From NCBI GenBank assembly GCA_964541945.1, contig CAZISE010000003.1, positions 115,649-179,648 on the forward strand: 64,000 nt of DNA, in the 5' to 3' direction. Position numbers and translations under genes: made by a program. The notes below the pieces were generated by a model. That model searched no databases. It was given only the letters and a program-made list of their open reading frames with translations, and had not been told where the DNA came from. The stretch is from an uncultured Verrucomicrobiota bacterium. Its GTDB lineage: Bacteria > Verrucomicrobiota > Verrucomicrobiia > Palsa-1439. This document shows positions 35,256 to 49,547 of this stretch, piece by piece; the stretch's first letter is position 1; every line of letters starts with the position of its first letter.

Positions 35256-36629
35256 TTACACACGTTGTTCTCGAAGAAGCGCTTCTTTCAAGTACGAGAT
35301 TGATTGACGCAGTCGCTGGTCTTTTTCCAGTCGTGCGCTAATAAGTCGGCAGGCATGTAGTACGGTGCCGTGATCACGTCCCCCAAAAGACTCTCCAATA
35401 TCTACAAGAGAGCGATCCGTGAGATCTCGACTGAGAAACATGGCTACTTGACGAGGGAAAGCTACATTTTGAGGCCGCCGCCGGCTGGTCATATCGGCCA
35501 AACGAATGTCAAAATGCTCTGCCACACGCCGTTGAATGGCCTCAATTGTTACAGTGCGTTTGGCCTCCTCGTGCAGGAGGTCCCGCAACAGAGACTCCAC
35601 GGAGTCGAGAGCAATTTCTTTGCTCGTAAAGGAGGCATAGGAAGCCACCCGTACCAAAGCGCCTTCCAGACGGCGGATATTGGTTTTAATTCGCTCAGCC
35701 AGGAATTGTAACACTGCGTCGGGCAGGGTCACCTGTAAAGCAGCTGCCTTTTTTCTCAGGATGGCGATCCTGGTTTCCAGGGCGGGCGGTTGCAAATCAG
35801 AAACCAAGCCCCACTCAAAACGGGAAACTAATCGAGCTTCGAGATTGGCAATTTCAGCCGCCGGACGATCGCTGGAGAGCACGATTTGTTTGTGCGCGTC
35901 AAACAGAGAGTTGAATGTGTGAAAAAACTCCTCCTGCATCCGTTCTTTACCGGCCAGAAACTGGATGTCATCTATCAACAACACATCCATCTGGCGGTAT
36001 TTCTTTCGGAACTTGGTCATGGTGCTGTTTTGAACCGCTTGGATGAAATCATTGGTGAACACCTCGCTGGTGACATAGCATACCCGGCGATTCTTGCCGT
36101 GACTAATGGCATAATGCCCAATGGCCTGCATGAGATGGGTTTTTCCGAGGCCGACTCCTCCGTAGAGAAACAACGGATTGTACGCTTTGCCTGGCGCCTG
36201 CGCGACGGCGAGGGCCGCAGCATGGGCATGATGGTTGTTGGGGCCGACGACAAAGGAGTCAAAGGTGTAGCGGGGATTCAACCGCATGTCTGCGCTTGAT
36301 CCTGACGAAACAACCTCGGCGGTAATCGGTGTGCGCTTTTCAGAAGGAGATGCCGATTCGGTTGGAGCGGAACCAAACGCGTCCGATGCCACAATAAACT
36401 TCACCTGCATTGGTTCCTTGGCCGCCTTGGAAACAGATTCCCGGACCAACGGTAGAAAATTATCCTGTAACCAGATGCGTGAGAAATCGTTAGCAACCGC
36501 CAGGAACAAGGTTCCATCACGCACTTCCAGCGGTTTGATGGGGGCGAACCATCGGTTGAACATCTCCGTGCTCAACATGGCCCGCAGTTCGTCACACGCC
36601 TCTTTCCAAAGTTTGTTATGTATGTGCAT
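35256..36629 (-). CDS. dnaA: chromosomal replication initiator protein DnaA
   Basis: 457 aa. N-terminal domain WKEACDELRAML. AAA+ Walker A GGVGLGKTHLMQAIGHY. Walker B LLIDDIQF. The C-terminal DnaA-box-binding domain is VAMFLSRDLTDRSLVDIGESFGGRDHGTVLHACRLI. Confidence 0.9.
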   Translation of the reverse strand: MHIHNKLWKEACDELRAMLSTEMFNRWFAPIKPLEVRDGTLFLAVANDFSRIWLQDNFLPLVRESVSKAAKEPMQVKFIVASDAFGSAPTESASPSEKRTPITAEVVSSGSSADMRLNPRYTFDSFVVGPNNHHAHAAALAVAQAPGKAYNPLFLYGGVGLGKTHLMQAIGHYAISHGKNRRVCYVTSEVFTNDFIQAVQNSTMTKFRKKYRQMDVLLIDDIQFLAGKERMQEEFFHTFNSLFDAHKQIVLSSDRPAAEIANLEARLVSRFEWGLVSDLQPPALETRIAILRKKAAALQVTLPDAVLQFLAERIKTNIRRLEGALVRVASYASFTSKEIALDSVESLLRDLLHEEAKRTVTIEAIQRRVAEHFDIRLADMTSRRRPQNVAFPRQVAMFLSRDLTDRSLVDIGESFGGRDHGTVLHACRLISARLEKDQRLRQSISYLKEALLREQRV

Positions 36630-37097
36630 TGTGCCTCCATTGCCAAGTTATTCACAGGCTGTTCACAAACAGCCTGACTGGGTCCTTGGCACCCCGGCCA
36701 GAGGCAGAAACGAAATCACAGACGCCCAACACGCGGTGTAACAAACTTTGCAGCCAAACAACACAACTTCCAACACATACTTTTTCGGTGATTACCTCGC
36801 AAATCTCGCATTGTTCCGGTCATTACACCGGATTGGCAACCACACAAACCTCATCGCGTGTTCAACGAACAAAAAGGCTGTTTTTTCCTGTCAAATCGTT
36901 ACCTTGAGCCACCGTATGGATCGCCGGTTTCACCCGGATTCAGGCTCAAGTTATACACAACTTATTCACAGCCTTCTTTTGCTCTCGCCTTTGCCTTTGG
37001 CGCGCGCAGCATAGCGAGCGAGAAAGAGTGCGACAAGAAAAATTTTTTTGCTCCGCGAAATCTTCCACACCGGCGCGGCGAATCGCGCAAAAAAAGT
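36630..37097. promoter_or_regulatory. candidate oriC/dnaA promoter region (dnaA-upstream intergenic with degenerate DnaA boxes and A/T tracts)
   Basis: 8/9 matches to TTATCCACA at ~36647 (TTATTCACA), ~36949 (TTATACACA) and ~36960 (TTATTCACA). There is one more in the dnaA–dnaN spacer (~35081 TTATCCAAA). An A/T tract gaaaaatttttttg lies at ~37040. The hairpin caggctgtt-caca-aacagcctg (36656-36677) abuts the dnaA start. Confidence 0.4.
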
Positions 37098-37127
37098 TGG
37101 GGCACGTCGCGGAACGTGCCCCAACCG
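37098..37127 (-). terminator. rho-independent terminator of glnA
   Basis: On the minus strand: GGGGCACGTTCCGCGACGTGCCCC (perfect 9-bp stem) followed by AACTTTTTTTGCG. It lies 20-50 nt downstream of the glnA stop. Confidence 0.6.
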
Positions 37128-37149
37128 GGAGAAGCAACGTGGGTGTGTG

Positions 37150-38559
37150 TTAGCAGTCGTAGTACATGTGGAACTCGTACGGATGAGGACGCAGCCGCAC
37201 TTGATCCTGTTCTTTGCGCTTCATTTCGATCCACTGGCTGATGACGTCCTCAGTGAAGACGTCGCCCTTGAGGAGGAATTCATGATCCTTCTCCAGGTTG
37301 TCGCACGCTTCCGCAAGGCTGCCCGGCATCGAGGGAACTTTCTTCAATTCTTCCGGCGGCAGCTCGTAGATGTTTTTATCGAGCGGCTCGCCCGGATCGA
37401 TTCGGTTTTGGATGCCGTCCAGACCGGCCATGAGCATGGCGGCCAGGGCAAGGTAGATATTGGCGGACGGATCAGGGGGCCGGTACTCAAGGCGTTTGGC
37501 CTTGGGGCTGGGCGAGTAGGTCGGGATACGAATGGCGGCGCTACGGTTACGGCTGGAATAGGCGAGGTTGACGGGTGCCTCGTAGCCGGGGGTCAGGCGT
37601 TTGTAGCTGTTCACGGTGGGATTGGTGATGGCCGCGATGGAACGGGCGTGTTTCAGGATGCCGCCGATGTAGTACAGCGCCAGTTCACTCAACCCGCCGT
37701 ATTTGTTGCCGGCGAAGAGGGGTTTGCCTTTTTTCCAGAGCGATTGGTGGACGTGCATGCCACTGCCGTTGTCGCCGAACAGGGGTTTGGGCATGAAGGT
37801 GACGGTTTTGTTGTGTCGTTTGGCAACATTCTTGACGATGTACTTGAACAACATAATGTCGTCGCCCATGGACGCGAGCGAGTTGAAACGGAGGTCAATT
37901 TCGGCTTGCCCGGCGGTGGCGACTTCGTGATGTTCCTTTTCGACTTTGAGGCCGCAATCACGCATTACGTTGATCATCTCATTGCGGATGTCCACCTGCG
38001 TGTCAGCGGGCGGTACGGGGAAGTAACCTTCTTTGTGGCGGATTTTGTTGCCGAGGTTGGGAAACTCTTCGCGACCGCTGTTCCAGATACCTTCGTTGGA
38101 GTCAATGTAGTAGAAACTGCTGCGGCAATCGCTGCCGTAGCGGATGTCATCGAAGATGAAGAATTCAGCTTCGGGGCCAAAGTAGGCGGTATCAGCGATG
38201 CCAGTGCTTTTGAGGTAGGTTTCGGCTTTCTTGGCGACGTTGCGTGGATCGCGGCTGTACGGTTCGCGGGTGATGGGGTCCACGGCGTCCGCTACCAGGC
38301 TGAGTGTTGGCGTTTGAGGGAACGGATCCACAATGGCCGTGTTGGGGTCGAGCAACAAAATCATGTCGCTGGCCTCGATGCCTTTCCAACCCCGGATGGA
38401 GGACCCGTCAAAACCGATGCCGGCTTCAAAGACATCTTCATTCAGTTCTGCGACCGGCAGGCAGAAGTGTTGCCAGGTGCCAAGGAAATCGCAAAACTTG
38501 ACGTCCACGAGTTGAAGGTTCTTGCTCTTGCATAATGCTAGGACTTCTTTGGGTGTCAT
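37150..38559 (-). CDS. glnA: glutamine synthetase type I
   Basis: 469 aa. [31 protein letters not shown] is the beta-grasp N-domain. There are catalytic-domain motifs and the adenylylation-loop region. The length and sequence are typical of GSI. Confidence 0.9.
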   Translation of the reverse strand: MTPKEVLALCKSKNLQLVDVKFCDFLGTWQHFCLPVAELNEDVFEAGIGFDGSSIRGWKGIEASDMILLLDPNTAIVDPFPQTPTLSLVADAVDPITREPYSRDPRNVAKKAETYLKSTGIADTAYFGPEAEFFIFDDIRYGSDCRSSFYYIDSNEGIWNSGREEFPNLGNKIRHKEGYFPVPPADTQVDIRNEMINVMRDCGLKVEKEHHEVATAGQAEIDLRFNSLASMGDDIMLFKYIVKNVAKRHNKTVTFMPKPLFGDNGSGMHVHQSLWKKGKPLFAGNKYGGLSELALYYIGGILKHARSIAAITNPTVNSYKRLTPGYEAPVNLAYSSRNRSAAIRIPTYSPSPKAKRLEYRPPDPSANIYLALAAMLMAGLDGIQNRIDPGEPLDKNIYELPPEELKKVPSMPGSLAEACDNLEKDHEFLLKGDVFTEDVISQWIEMKRKEQDQVRLRPHPYEFHMYYDC

Positions 38560-38595
38560 ATTGTCTCCTGATGGTGCGGCGGGTTTCGAGATCGT

Positions 38596-38961
<366 letters not shown>

Positions 38962-39059
38962 CTAGAGAACGGCGATAGGCACTGCAAACAGAAAAGCTTC
39001 CGTTTGCCTGTTCCTGTTACATCCACTATGGAAAAGCTCAGGGTCACGCCAAACTCCTT

Positions 39060-39077
39060 AGCAAGGGGGGTGCCAGC
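39060..39077 (-). promoter_or_regulatory. sigma-54 (-24/-12) promoter upstream of glnB–glnA
   Basis: The minus strand reads GCTGGCACCCCCCTTGCT, which is TGGCAC-N5-TTGC with canonical GG-N10-GC spacing. It is ~125 nt upstream of the glnB ATG. An NtrC-family sigma-54 activator is encoded at 53515-54909. Confidence 0.45.
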
Positions 39078-39261
39078 GCAATAAAAAAGAGGGAACAGAC
39101 TACAGCTAACCTATTGAAAGTAAGGAAATTACCGACATCTCATGAATCCACAACAAGAGAGGGATGCCATATAATGCTTGTTGTGTTTTATCCACTCTGG
39201 CCAGTCTCTGCCCAGCCGTTGGGACGCCATTTGACAGAGGTGCTATGATAAACGTATCGGA

Positions 39262-39951
39262 ATGAAACCGGCAAAAAAGAAGAGGGTCTTTATTGTGGAT
39301 GATCACCCATTTGTCCGGGAGGGGTTAAAACAAATTATAGATCAGCAACCTGATCTTGTCGTCTGCGGAGAAGCTGCCACGGCGGCCGAGACGCTTGACA
39401 ACCTCAAAACAACCCAGGCGGATATTGTAATCTTGGACCTCGCGCTGGAAGATCGCAGCGGTTTGGAACTCATCAAAGAGATCCGACAATGGTCTTCCAC
39501 CCTCCCCATCCTGGTGTTGTCCATGTACGATGAAAATCTTCATGCGGAACGAGTGTTGCGAATTGGGGCCAACGGCTACGTCATGAAACGCGAATCCCCA
39601 CCCACATTGCTTGCTGCCATCCACAAGGTGCTCGGCGGTCAGTGTTATCTCAGCCATACTGTTTCCGCACGCCTGTTGGGCCGGAGCATGGGACGTCGAA
39701 TCACAGGTAGCGCCGATCCAATGGAACGACTGAGCGATCGCGAGCTTGAGGTATTTGAACTCCTTGGCCAAGGAGAACGACGCGGCACCATTGCCAAACG
39801 GTTGAATCTCAGTGTGAAAACCGTCGAGTCCCATTGCCACCGGATCAAACAAAAACTCGGTCTCCACAACGCCGAAGAATTGCGACAACGCGCCTACCTC
39901 TGGATCCGCGAAGACCGCCCGCAGCAGCCCGCAACAGGGCTGAGAGGATAG
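39262..39951 (+). CDS. NarL/FixJ (LuxR-type HTH) family response regulator
   Basis: REC domain VFIVDDHPFVREGL...DIVILDLALEDRSGLELI...LVLSMYDE. LuxR HTH LSDRELEVFELLGQGERRGTIAKRLNLSVKTVESHCHRIKQKLG. Confidence 0.8.
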   Translation: MKPAKKKRVFIVDDHPFVREGLKQIIDQQPDLVVCGEAATAAETLDNLKTTQADIVILDLALEDRSGLELIKEIRQWSSTLPILVLSMYDENLHAERVLRIGANGYVMKRESPPTLLAAIHKVLGGQCYLSHTVSARLLGRSMGRRITGSADPMERLSDRELEVFELLGQGERRGTIAKRLNLSVKTVESHCHRIKQKLGLHNAEELRQRAYLWIREDRPQQPATGLRG

Positions 39952-40001
39952 GGAGTCTCCCTACACAAAAATCAGCATTTGCCCGATTGAGTCCCGAACG
40001 A

Positions 40002-40445
40002 ATGACAGTTATGTTGCTTGCCGGGGTGGGAAAGGGAGGCGTGATGTGGAAAGCGGCGCAAAAGACCGAGTTGATTGTTCAGTTGGGTGTGGACAATACA
40101 GCCAGCCGGTCCATTTTAAGTGATCTCGGTGCCCGGGGAATTCGCATCATCGCGCACAACATTTGCCCCGGCCGAACCGGGAACGCATTGCTGCTGGTGG
40201 CCGATGACCTTGACAAAGCAGGACACACCTTGCGCGACGCCGGTTACCATTACAAGACCGACGAGGTTGTTCTCATCGAAACGGACCCACTGCCTGCTTG
40301 TGCGGCGCGGGTAGGACTGCGTCTGCGCCAGCAAGGGATTGGCGTGCTGTATTCCTATGAGACGACAGCCGGTGGAAATTCCCGTTGCGCGGTCTTCAAA
40401 ACCACAGACAATGCGCGCGCCCTCCACGCCCTGATCTCATCATGA
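40002..40445 (+). CDS. hypothetical protein with two ACT-like repeats
   Basis: Internal ATG (MTVMLLAG...). The listed ORF 39834 start overlaps the preceding gene. The two halves are ELIVQLGVDNTASRSILSDLGARGIRIIAH and EVVLIETDPLPACAARVGLRLRQQGIGVLYSY. The assignment is weak. Confidence 0.35.
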   Translation: MTVMLLAGVGKGGVMWKAAQKTELIVQLGVDNTASRSILSDLGARGIRIIAHNICPGRTGNALLLVADDLDKAGHTLRDAGYHYKTDEVVLIETDPLPACAARVGLRLRQQGIGVLYSYETTAGGNSRCAVFKTTDNARALHALISS

Positions 40446-40716
40446 TGGAGGTGGCCACTATGGAGAGCAAAGCCGTCGAGTTTTCCATACAAATGCCGTT
40501 CGCGAAAGAGGTGGGTGTTGCCGGCAACTTTAATCACTGGAACCCCGCCTCCACTCCACTAAAAAAGGATCGAACCGGCCTGTGGAAGGGCACCATCAAC
40601 CTGCCGCCAGGACGGTATGAATATCATTTCGTCGCTGACGGACAGTGGATCAAGGACAACAGCGTCCCCAACACCGAGCCGAGCCAGTACGGCCCCACCA
40701 ACACGGTTCTCCGAGT

Positions 40717-40720
<4 letters not shown>
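40442..40720 (+). CDS. stand-alone CBM48/E-set (glycogen-binding, isoamylase-N-like) domain protein
   Basis: [61 protein letters not shown] is a clear AMPK-beta/CBM48-type signature. The start ATG ~40442 overlaps the preceding stop (ATGA). An alternative ATG exists at 40460. Confidence 0.5.
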
Positions 40721-43877
<3,157 letters not shown>

Positions 43878-43881
<4 letters not shown>

Positions 43882-44834
43882 TGGATCCGTTGCCCGTCGG
43901 TGAGGTCGCCCTCGGCGCCGACAATGAGTTGTTCGCCGGCGGCCACGCCGGAAAGCAGTTCCACTTTGCCGTCAAACGGTCGCCCGGTCTTGACCAGGCG
44001 CATCCGAACGCGGCCCTCCTGGGCGACGTACACAAAGGTGAGTTGTCCGCGCTGATGGATCGCCGGGGCTGGCGCAAACAGACCGGTTCGTTCGCCCACC
44101 ACAATCTGGGCGCGCCCAAACAATCCGGACTTCAACGGCTTGCGACGATGGAGGTCCACCTTGATGAGAAAACTGCGGCTGGACGGATCGCTGGCGGGAA
44201 TCACCTCGCCTACAACCGCATCGCATTCGCCACCGACCGCCTCGACGATGACATGCACTTTGGTGCCGACGCTGACGGTGTTGACAAAGCGATCCGGCAC
44301 GGGCGCTTCGAGGCGGAAATCGCTCGGTTGTTCCACCGTAAACAGCGTTTTACCGGGCACCGCCAGATCGCCGACATCGCAGAACTTCTCAGCCACAATC
44401 CCGTCAAACGGCGCGGTGATCGTGGCGTAACTCAGCGCCGCGCGTGCGACGCGAAAGCGTTCCTCCACGGCCTGAAACTCCGCCGTGGTGGCCGAACCTT
44501 GTTCGTGGAGTTTTTTGTAGCGATCGTAGTCGGCCTGTGCCCGCTCAAACGCGGCCCGCATCTCGCGGTCGTCGAGTTGCGCGAGCACGTCGCCCGCCTT
44601 GATCGTGTCGCCGGGTTTGACGGGGATGGCGAGGATGGTGGCCATCACCTTGGCGGCCACCGTGGCGCTGACCTTGGCGCGGACAGTGCCGATGACCTCG
44701 TAAATTTCCGGCACTTTTTGTGGTTCGAGTGTCACGGTTTGGACCTTGATTGGCGGCGGTTCCGGAGCCGGTTTGGACGGCGGATGGCCGCAGCCGATGG
44801 CGAACAACAGGGTGATGAGCATCATGGGTTTCAT
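43878..44834 (-). CDS. efflux RND transporter periplasmic adaptor (membrane fusion protein)
   Basis: 318 aa with a lipoprotein-like N-terminus LLFAIGCG and biotinyl/lipoyl-like and beta-barrel segments ([38 protein letters not shown]). Confidence 0.8.
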
Positions 44835-44837
44835 CGG

Positions 44838-46184
44838 TTATTCCTTCCCGATTTTTCCGAGCGCCTTTTCCAGGGCGGCACGGGCGATCAACACGTCGGT
44901 CTCCGCTGCTGCGCGACGTTGGTGGGCGGCGGTCAGGGCCGTTTCGGCGTCGAGCAGTTGGGTCAGAAGCGCCAGGCCGCCGGCGTAACGTTCTTTGGTG
45001 AGTTGGACGCTTTCCTCAGCCTGTGCGACGGCCTGTGCGGTGGTTTCCAATCGTTGTTCGGCCTCGCGGAGGTTGAGTTGGGCCTGTTTGGCTTCCAATT
45101 CGAGGGCGAGCTGGACTTTACGCAATTGTTCGCGGGCGGCGGTGAGATTGGCGCGGGCTTCGGCGACCTTGTTTTTGGTGAGGAATCCGTCGAACACGTT
45201 GAGTTCGACGCTGACGCCCGCCAGCCAACTGCCGGCGTAACGGGTGGCGTTGCCGCTGTCGAGGTCGTAGCTGGCAAAGACATTGGCGCGGGGCCGATAG
45301 CCGCTTTGGGCGACACGCACCTGTTGTTCGGCGGCTTCGACGGCTTTTTGCGCGGCAGCCAGTTCGGGTCGGGCGGAAAGGTCCAGGGCGGCCTCGTCGG
45401 AGGCGAGGGTGACGGTCTTGGCGGAGGCCGTTTCCGTCTCGGCGGCGGTGAGGTTTTCCTTTTGGCCGATGCCGAGGGCGCTGCGGAAATAGACTTCAGC
45501 CAGCGATAGGGCGTTGTGGGCGCGGACGAGGTTTTCTTTGGCTTCGGCAAGGCGGACCTCGGCGTCGAGCACGTCGCTTTTGAGGGCGTTGCCTTGTTGG
45601 AAGCGGTTGCGGGCGAGGGTGAGGTTGGATTCCATGCTGGTAACGGCGGCGGTGGCGGTGCGGAGGAATTGTCGCGCTTTGCCGATGGTGTAGAAGGCGC
45701 GGGTGACCTCGAAAATGAGGTCGTTACGGACGGCCTGGCGGGATTGTTCCTGGGCCTGTGTGCCGGCGCGGGCGGCCTGGCGCAGGGCGGTGTCGCGCCC
45801 GCCGTTGTAGAGTGGGTATTGAGCGAGGATTTTGGCGTTGAGATTATCGGTGGTGTCGGGGTGATTGAAGTCGCCGCCAAGACTGAAGGCGCGCTGGTTG
45901 AGGTTCATCATGAATGCCTGAACCGGGTTGTCACTGCCAGTGTAGGCGCCGCTGAGGCGGACCTGGGGCCAGAAAGCGGCCTCAACCTGCTGCAATGCGG
46001 CGCGGGCGGCGGCGACGCGTTGTTCGGCGATGGCGAGATCGGGGCTTTTGTCCAGCGCGAGGCGGATGGCTTCTTGCAGGGACAATGTTCGTTGTGGTTC
46101 CGCCGCTTGCACGGCGACGGCAACCCCGATCAGCAACATCATCGAGACACGGCAACACCATTGGATTGTTTGCGCGAACTTCAT
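44838..46184 (-). CDS. TolC-family outer membrane efflux protein
   Basis: 448 aa with a signal peptide and duplicated TolC repeat structure (LSLQEAIRLALDKSPDLAIAEQRVAAARAALQQVEAAFWPQV...). Confidence 0.8.
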   Translation of the reverse strand: MKFAQTIQWCCRVSMMLLIGVAVAVQAAEPQRTLSLQEAIRLALDKSPDLAIAEQRVAAARAALQQVEAAFWPQVRLSGAYTGSDNPVQAFMMNLNQRAFSLGGDFNHPDTTDNLNAKILAQYPLYNGGRDTALRQAARAGTQAQEQSRQAVRNDLIFEVTRAFYTIGKARQFLRTATAAVTSMESNLTLARNRFQQGNALKSDVLDAEVRLAEAKENLVRAHNALSLAEVYFRSALGIGQKENLTAAETETASAKTVTLASDEAALDLSARPELAAAQKAVEAAEQQVRVAQSGYRPRANVFASYDLDSGNATRYAGSWLAGVSVELNVFDGFLTKNKVAEARANLTAAREQLRKVQLALELEAKQAQLNLREAEQRLETTAQAVAQAEESVQLTKERYAGGLALLTQLLDAETALTAAHQRRAAAETDVLIARAALEKALGKIGKE

Positions 46185-46240
46185 TTCTCCCTTTCAGACC
46201 CGCCAGCGCGCGCAAGGTTACAGCCCGGTGGCTCGTCGGG

Positions 46241-46573
46241 TCAGTCTTTATTGCGGCCGTTGGAACGGGTGCGTTTGGAAAGACGATCGGTCTTGCGTTT
46301 ACGGAGACGGCGCTCAATCTTGGCCGTCACGATGTCCAGCGCGCTGGCGACGTCGGGGCCGCATTCTTCCGCCGAGATGTCCGCGCCGCGCACTTCGCAG
46401 AGCACGCGGACGGAGTATTGGCGGCTTGAGGCATGGGCGCTGTCTTTGTGGACAAACACACGCGCCCGCAAAATCGTCGGGCCGTAATGCTCGGCTCGAG
46501 CGATTTTTTCTTCGATCAAGGCTTCTTCCGCCTTCGTCAACTTCAGTCCAGATGTGCGAATCACAATATCCAT
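46241..46573 (-). CDS. hpf: ribosome hibernation promoting factor / RaiA (short form)
   Basis: 110 aa. MDIVIRTSGLKLTKAEEALIEEKIARAEHYGPTILRARVFVHKDSAHASSRQYSVRVLCEVRGADISAEECGPDVASALDIVTAKIERRLRKRK is a classic S30AE fold sequence. A GGAGG RBS sits in the 12-nt gap after the cydB stop. Confidence 0.75.
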   Translation of the reverse strand: MDIVIRTSGLKLTKAEEALIEEKIARAEHYGPTILRARVFVHKDSAHASSRQYSVRVLCEVRGADISAEECGPDVASALDIVTAKIERRLRKRKTDRLSKRTRSNGRNKD

Positions 46574-46585
46574 GCGAGCCTCCTG

Positions 46586-47602
46586 TTAGTAGCTGAACTT
46601 GCTCACTTCGACTTTACCACGGAACACCCGGTAAATCACGCACGTATAAATCAAAACCAACGGCATCCCGCTCAGGGCAATGACGGCCATAATCCCCAGC
46701 GTCCTGGCCGAGGAGGCGGCGTTGTAGATGGTGAGGCTCCATTCGGGGTTCAACGACGAATGGACCAACTCCGGAAACAGCGCCGCGCCCAGCAGCCCCA
46801 CCAAACCGAGCAGGGTAAGACTGGAGGAGACAAACGCTTGCCCCCAACGTCCCGCGCGAAGGGCACGCCCGATGTTGAGAATGGCCAGCACGCAAACCAC
46901 CGGCAATACCCACAGCCACGGATGCGCGCCAAAATTCCGCAACGCCAGCCGTGTACCCGCCAGCGTGTACACCGTTGTGGCCCCGTACAGGACCAGAAAC
47001 ACCAGATAGGCGCGTCCTGCCCAGCGGCGCACCTGTTGCTGGAGGCTGCCGTCGGTTTTCATCCCAAGATACAGCGCGCCATGCAGCGCAAAGAGCGCGA
47101 CCGTAAACAAACCCGTCAACACCGCGTACGGATGCAACAGACGAATCAACCGCCATTGCAACTCCATGTCGGGCCGAACCGGGAACCCGCGCATCGCGTT
47201 GCCCACCGCCACACCAAACAACAAGCTCGCCAGCAGACTGCCCACGCAGAAAACCGTGTCCCACAGATTCCGCCAGCGGGGCGACTCGCGTTTGCTGCGA
47301 AACTCAATCGCCACCGCCCGCAGAATCAGCATCAACAACACCAGCATCAATGCCGTGTACAACCCCGAAAACACCGTCGCATACGCATGTGGAAACGCCG
47401 CAAACAACGCCCCGCCAAAGGTCAACAGCCACACCTCGTTGCCGTCCCAAACCGGGCCGATGGCATTGAGCAAAACGCGGCGATCCTCGTCCTTGCGCGC
47501 GCCCAGATGCAAAATCCCGACTCCCAGATCGAACCCGTCCAAAATGGCATATCCGGCCAACAACACACCCAACAGTAAAAACCAGAGCACATTCAGGTTC
47601 AT
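46586..47602 (-). CDS. cydB: cytochrome bd ubiquinol oxidase subunit II
   Basis: Start ATG ~47600-47602 ([33 protein letters not shown]) overlaps the cydA stop (ATGA). The listed ORF start 47872 is an Arg/Gly-rich extension. Confidence 0.8.
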   Translation of the reverse strand: MNLNVLWFLLLGVLLAGYAILDGFDLGVGILHLGARKDEDRRVLLNAIGPVWDGNEVWLLTFGGALFAAFPHAYATVFSGLYTALMLVLLMLILRAVAIEFRSKRESPRWRNLWDTVFCVGSLLASLLFGVAVGNAMRGFPVRPDMELQWRLIRLLHPYAVLTGLFTVALFALHGALYLGMKTDGSLQQQVRRWAGRAYLVFLVLYGATTVYTLAGTRLALRNFGAHPWLWVLPVVCVLAILNIGRALRAGRWGQAFVSSSLTLLGLVGLLGAALFPELVHSSLNPEWSLTIYNAASSARTLGIMAVIALSGMPLVLIYTCVIYRVFRGKVEVSKFSY

Positions 47603-48939
47603 GACAAACCTCCCTTCACCGGTTCCGGTCCTTGTCGAATCTTGTCCAGTAAAATGTACAACCACAGCCCGAACAACAGCGCGTACAACACGGTAAACAT
47701 CACGATGGACCCCAACAATTGATTCGCCACCACCGTCTTCGAAATCGCGTCGCTGGTCCGCAACAAGCCGTACACCACCCACGGCTGACGCCCCACCTCG
47801 GCGGCCACCCACCCAAGCTGATTGGCCGCGTACGGCAACGGCACCGCCGCCACAAACACCCACAACAACCATCGTTTCTCAAACAACGTCCCGCGCCACC
47901 CCAACACCACCGCCACCAGCGTCAGCGCCACAAACAAAAAACCCAGCCCCACCATCAGGCGAAACGTCACAAAAGTCAGCGCCACCGGCGGCCAGTCCGA
48001 GCGCGGCGCCCGATCCAGCCCCGGCACCGGCGTTTTCCCGTCATGATGCACCAGCAAACTCACCCCCGCCGGAATGGCCACGCCCATCCGCACCTGGCGG
48101 GCCTGCTCGTCAGGAATCCCGAACAGATACAACGGTGTCGGCTCGTTTCTGGTTTCAAAAACGGCCTCCATCGCCGCCAGTTTCACCGGTTGAGTCCGTG
48201 CCACCTGACGCCCGTGCGCGTCGCCCGATCCTGCGGCGGCCAGCGACGCGAGCAGGCCCGTCACCGCGGCGATGATGAAACAGCGTTTCGCAAAATCCAG
48301 ATGTCGTCCGCGCAAAAGATACCAGGCCGACACGCCCATCACGAAAAACGCCGCCAACACATACGCTCCAATCACCGCGTGCGTCAGTCGGATCACGCTG
48401 GACGGATTGAACACCATTGCCCAGAAATCGGTGATCTCCGCCCGCGCCTTCAATCCCTCGCCCACAATATGAAATCCTGCCGGCGTTTGTTGCCAGGAAT
48501 TGGCCACCACGATCCAGGCGGCCGACAACGTGGCGCCCAACGCCACCATGCAGGTCGCCAGGAAATGCATCCGCGGCGACAACCGGTCCCAGCCAAACAC
48601 CAGCAGACCGAGAAAACTCGATTCCAGAAAGAACGCAAACACCCCCTCCGCCGCCAGCGGCGAGCCGAACACATCGCCCACATAACGCGAGTACGTTGCC
48701 CAATTGGTGCCGAACTGGAACTCCATCACAATGCCCGACGCCACACCGAGCGCGAAGTTGAGGCTGAAAATCTTTGTCCAGAACTTCGCCATCGCCAGAT
48801 ACTGCGGGTCGCGGGTCTTCAGATGCAATGCCTCCATCACGACCAAAATCCCGCCCAACCCAATGGTCAGCGGCGGAAACAGATAATGAAACATCACCGT
48901 CAGCGCGAACTGGGCACGCGCCAGCATCTCGACATTCAT
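47599..48939 (-). CDS. cydA: cytochrome bd ubiquinol oxidase subunit I
   Basis: Probable start ATG ~48937-48939 ([29 protein letters not shown]). The heme-binding His/Q-loop layout is typical of CydA. Confidence 0.85.
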   Translation of the reverse strand: MNVEMLARAQFALTVMFHYLFPPLTIGLGGILVVMEALHLKTRDPQYLAMAKFWTKIFSLNFALGVASGIVMEFQFGTNWATYSRYVGDVFGSPLAAEGVFAFFLESSFLGLLVFGWDRLSPRMHFLATCMVALGATLSAAWIVVANSWQQTPAGFHIVGEGLKARAEITDFWAMVFNPSSVIRLTHAVIGAYVLAAFFVMGVSAWYLLRGRHLDFAKRCFIIAAVTGLLASLAAAGSGDAHGRQVARTQPVKLAAMEAVFETRNEPTPLYLFGIPDEQARQVRMGVAIPAGVSLLVHHDGKTPVPGLDRAPRSDWPPVALTFVTFRLMVGLGFLFVALTLVAVVLGWRGTLFEKRWLLWVFVAAVPLPYAANQLGWVAAEVGRQPWVVYGLLRTSDAISKTVVANQLLGSIVMFTVLYALLFGLWLYILLDKIRQGPEPVKGGLS

Positions 48940-49147
48940 CTCCAAAGCCTCCGTTTCGTGTGAAAACTGGTAGCCCACAAATTCCCAAAACGCAACCCGC
49001 TCCTGCGTTGTGCGAGAAAAAAGAATGAGACAAGTCTCCTCCTTGTCCCGTGTTGCTCACCCCCGGTCGGTGTCCGACCGCGGATGGGTGTGATCCGAAA
49101 TAAGGTCAAGGTGGGGTAAGCTTCCAGCTTGACCCAATTCGTGCTAT

Positions 49148-49218
49148 GGGAGTGACGGAGGCGCGTCCGTTGGTGGACAATTTTGAAGCATGTCCTACAA
49201 GATACACGCTGCCCACGG
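49148..49218 (+). promoter_or_regulatory. conserved ~70-bp intergenic element, copy 2 (between cydA start and the DUF2892 gene)
   Basis: gggagtgacggAGGCGCgTCCGTTGGTGgACAAttTtGAAgCATGTCCTAcAaGaT...GCTgCCCACGG is about 80% identical to 22222-22295. Confidence 0.35.
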
Positions 49219-49288
49219 CTTTTGATCACATTCTCGTCATGCCCGAGGGCAAAGAGTTCGGTGCGATTACGAAAAAGGCGCGCGCCAC

Positions 49289-49534
49289 CTAATGGCCGCA
49301 GCCGCAGGAGGGTTTGGGGGCGCCAGATGAGGAACCGGTGCAACTAGAGGTGCCGATGCCGAGTTTTTTGAGGATGTCTTCCATGAGGCACCAGTTGGTG
49401 ATGCCGGATTGGAGAAGATTGGCTCCGACAAACAGGGTGAACCAGAGCCATCGTTTGTCCACAAAATACCCCAGCAACGCGCTGGCCAGCACAAACGCGC
49501 CGGCAATAATCCGAATGTAACGTTCGATTGTCAT
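49289..49534 (-). CDS. DUF2892 (YgaP-like) small membrane protein with Cys-rich C-terminus
   Basis: Start at internal ATG (MTIERYIRIIAGAFVLASALLGYFVDKRWLWFTLFVGANLLQSGITNWCLMEDILKKLGIG). The C-terminus is SCTGSSSGAPKPSCGCGH. Confidence 0.6.
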   Translation of the reverse strand: MTIERYIRIIAGAFVLASALLGYFVDKRWLWFTLFVGANLLQSGITNWCLMEDILKKLGIGTSSCTGSSSGAPKPSCGCGH

Positions 49535-49547
49535 GACGGGGTTCTCC

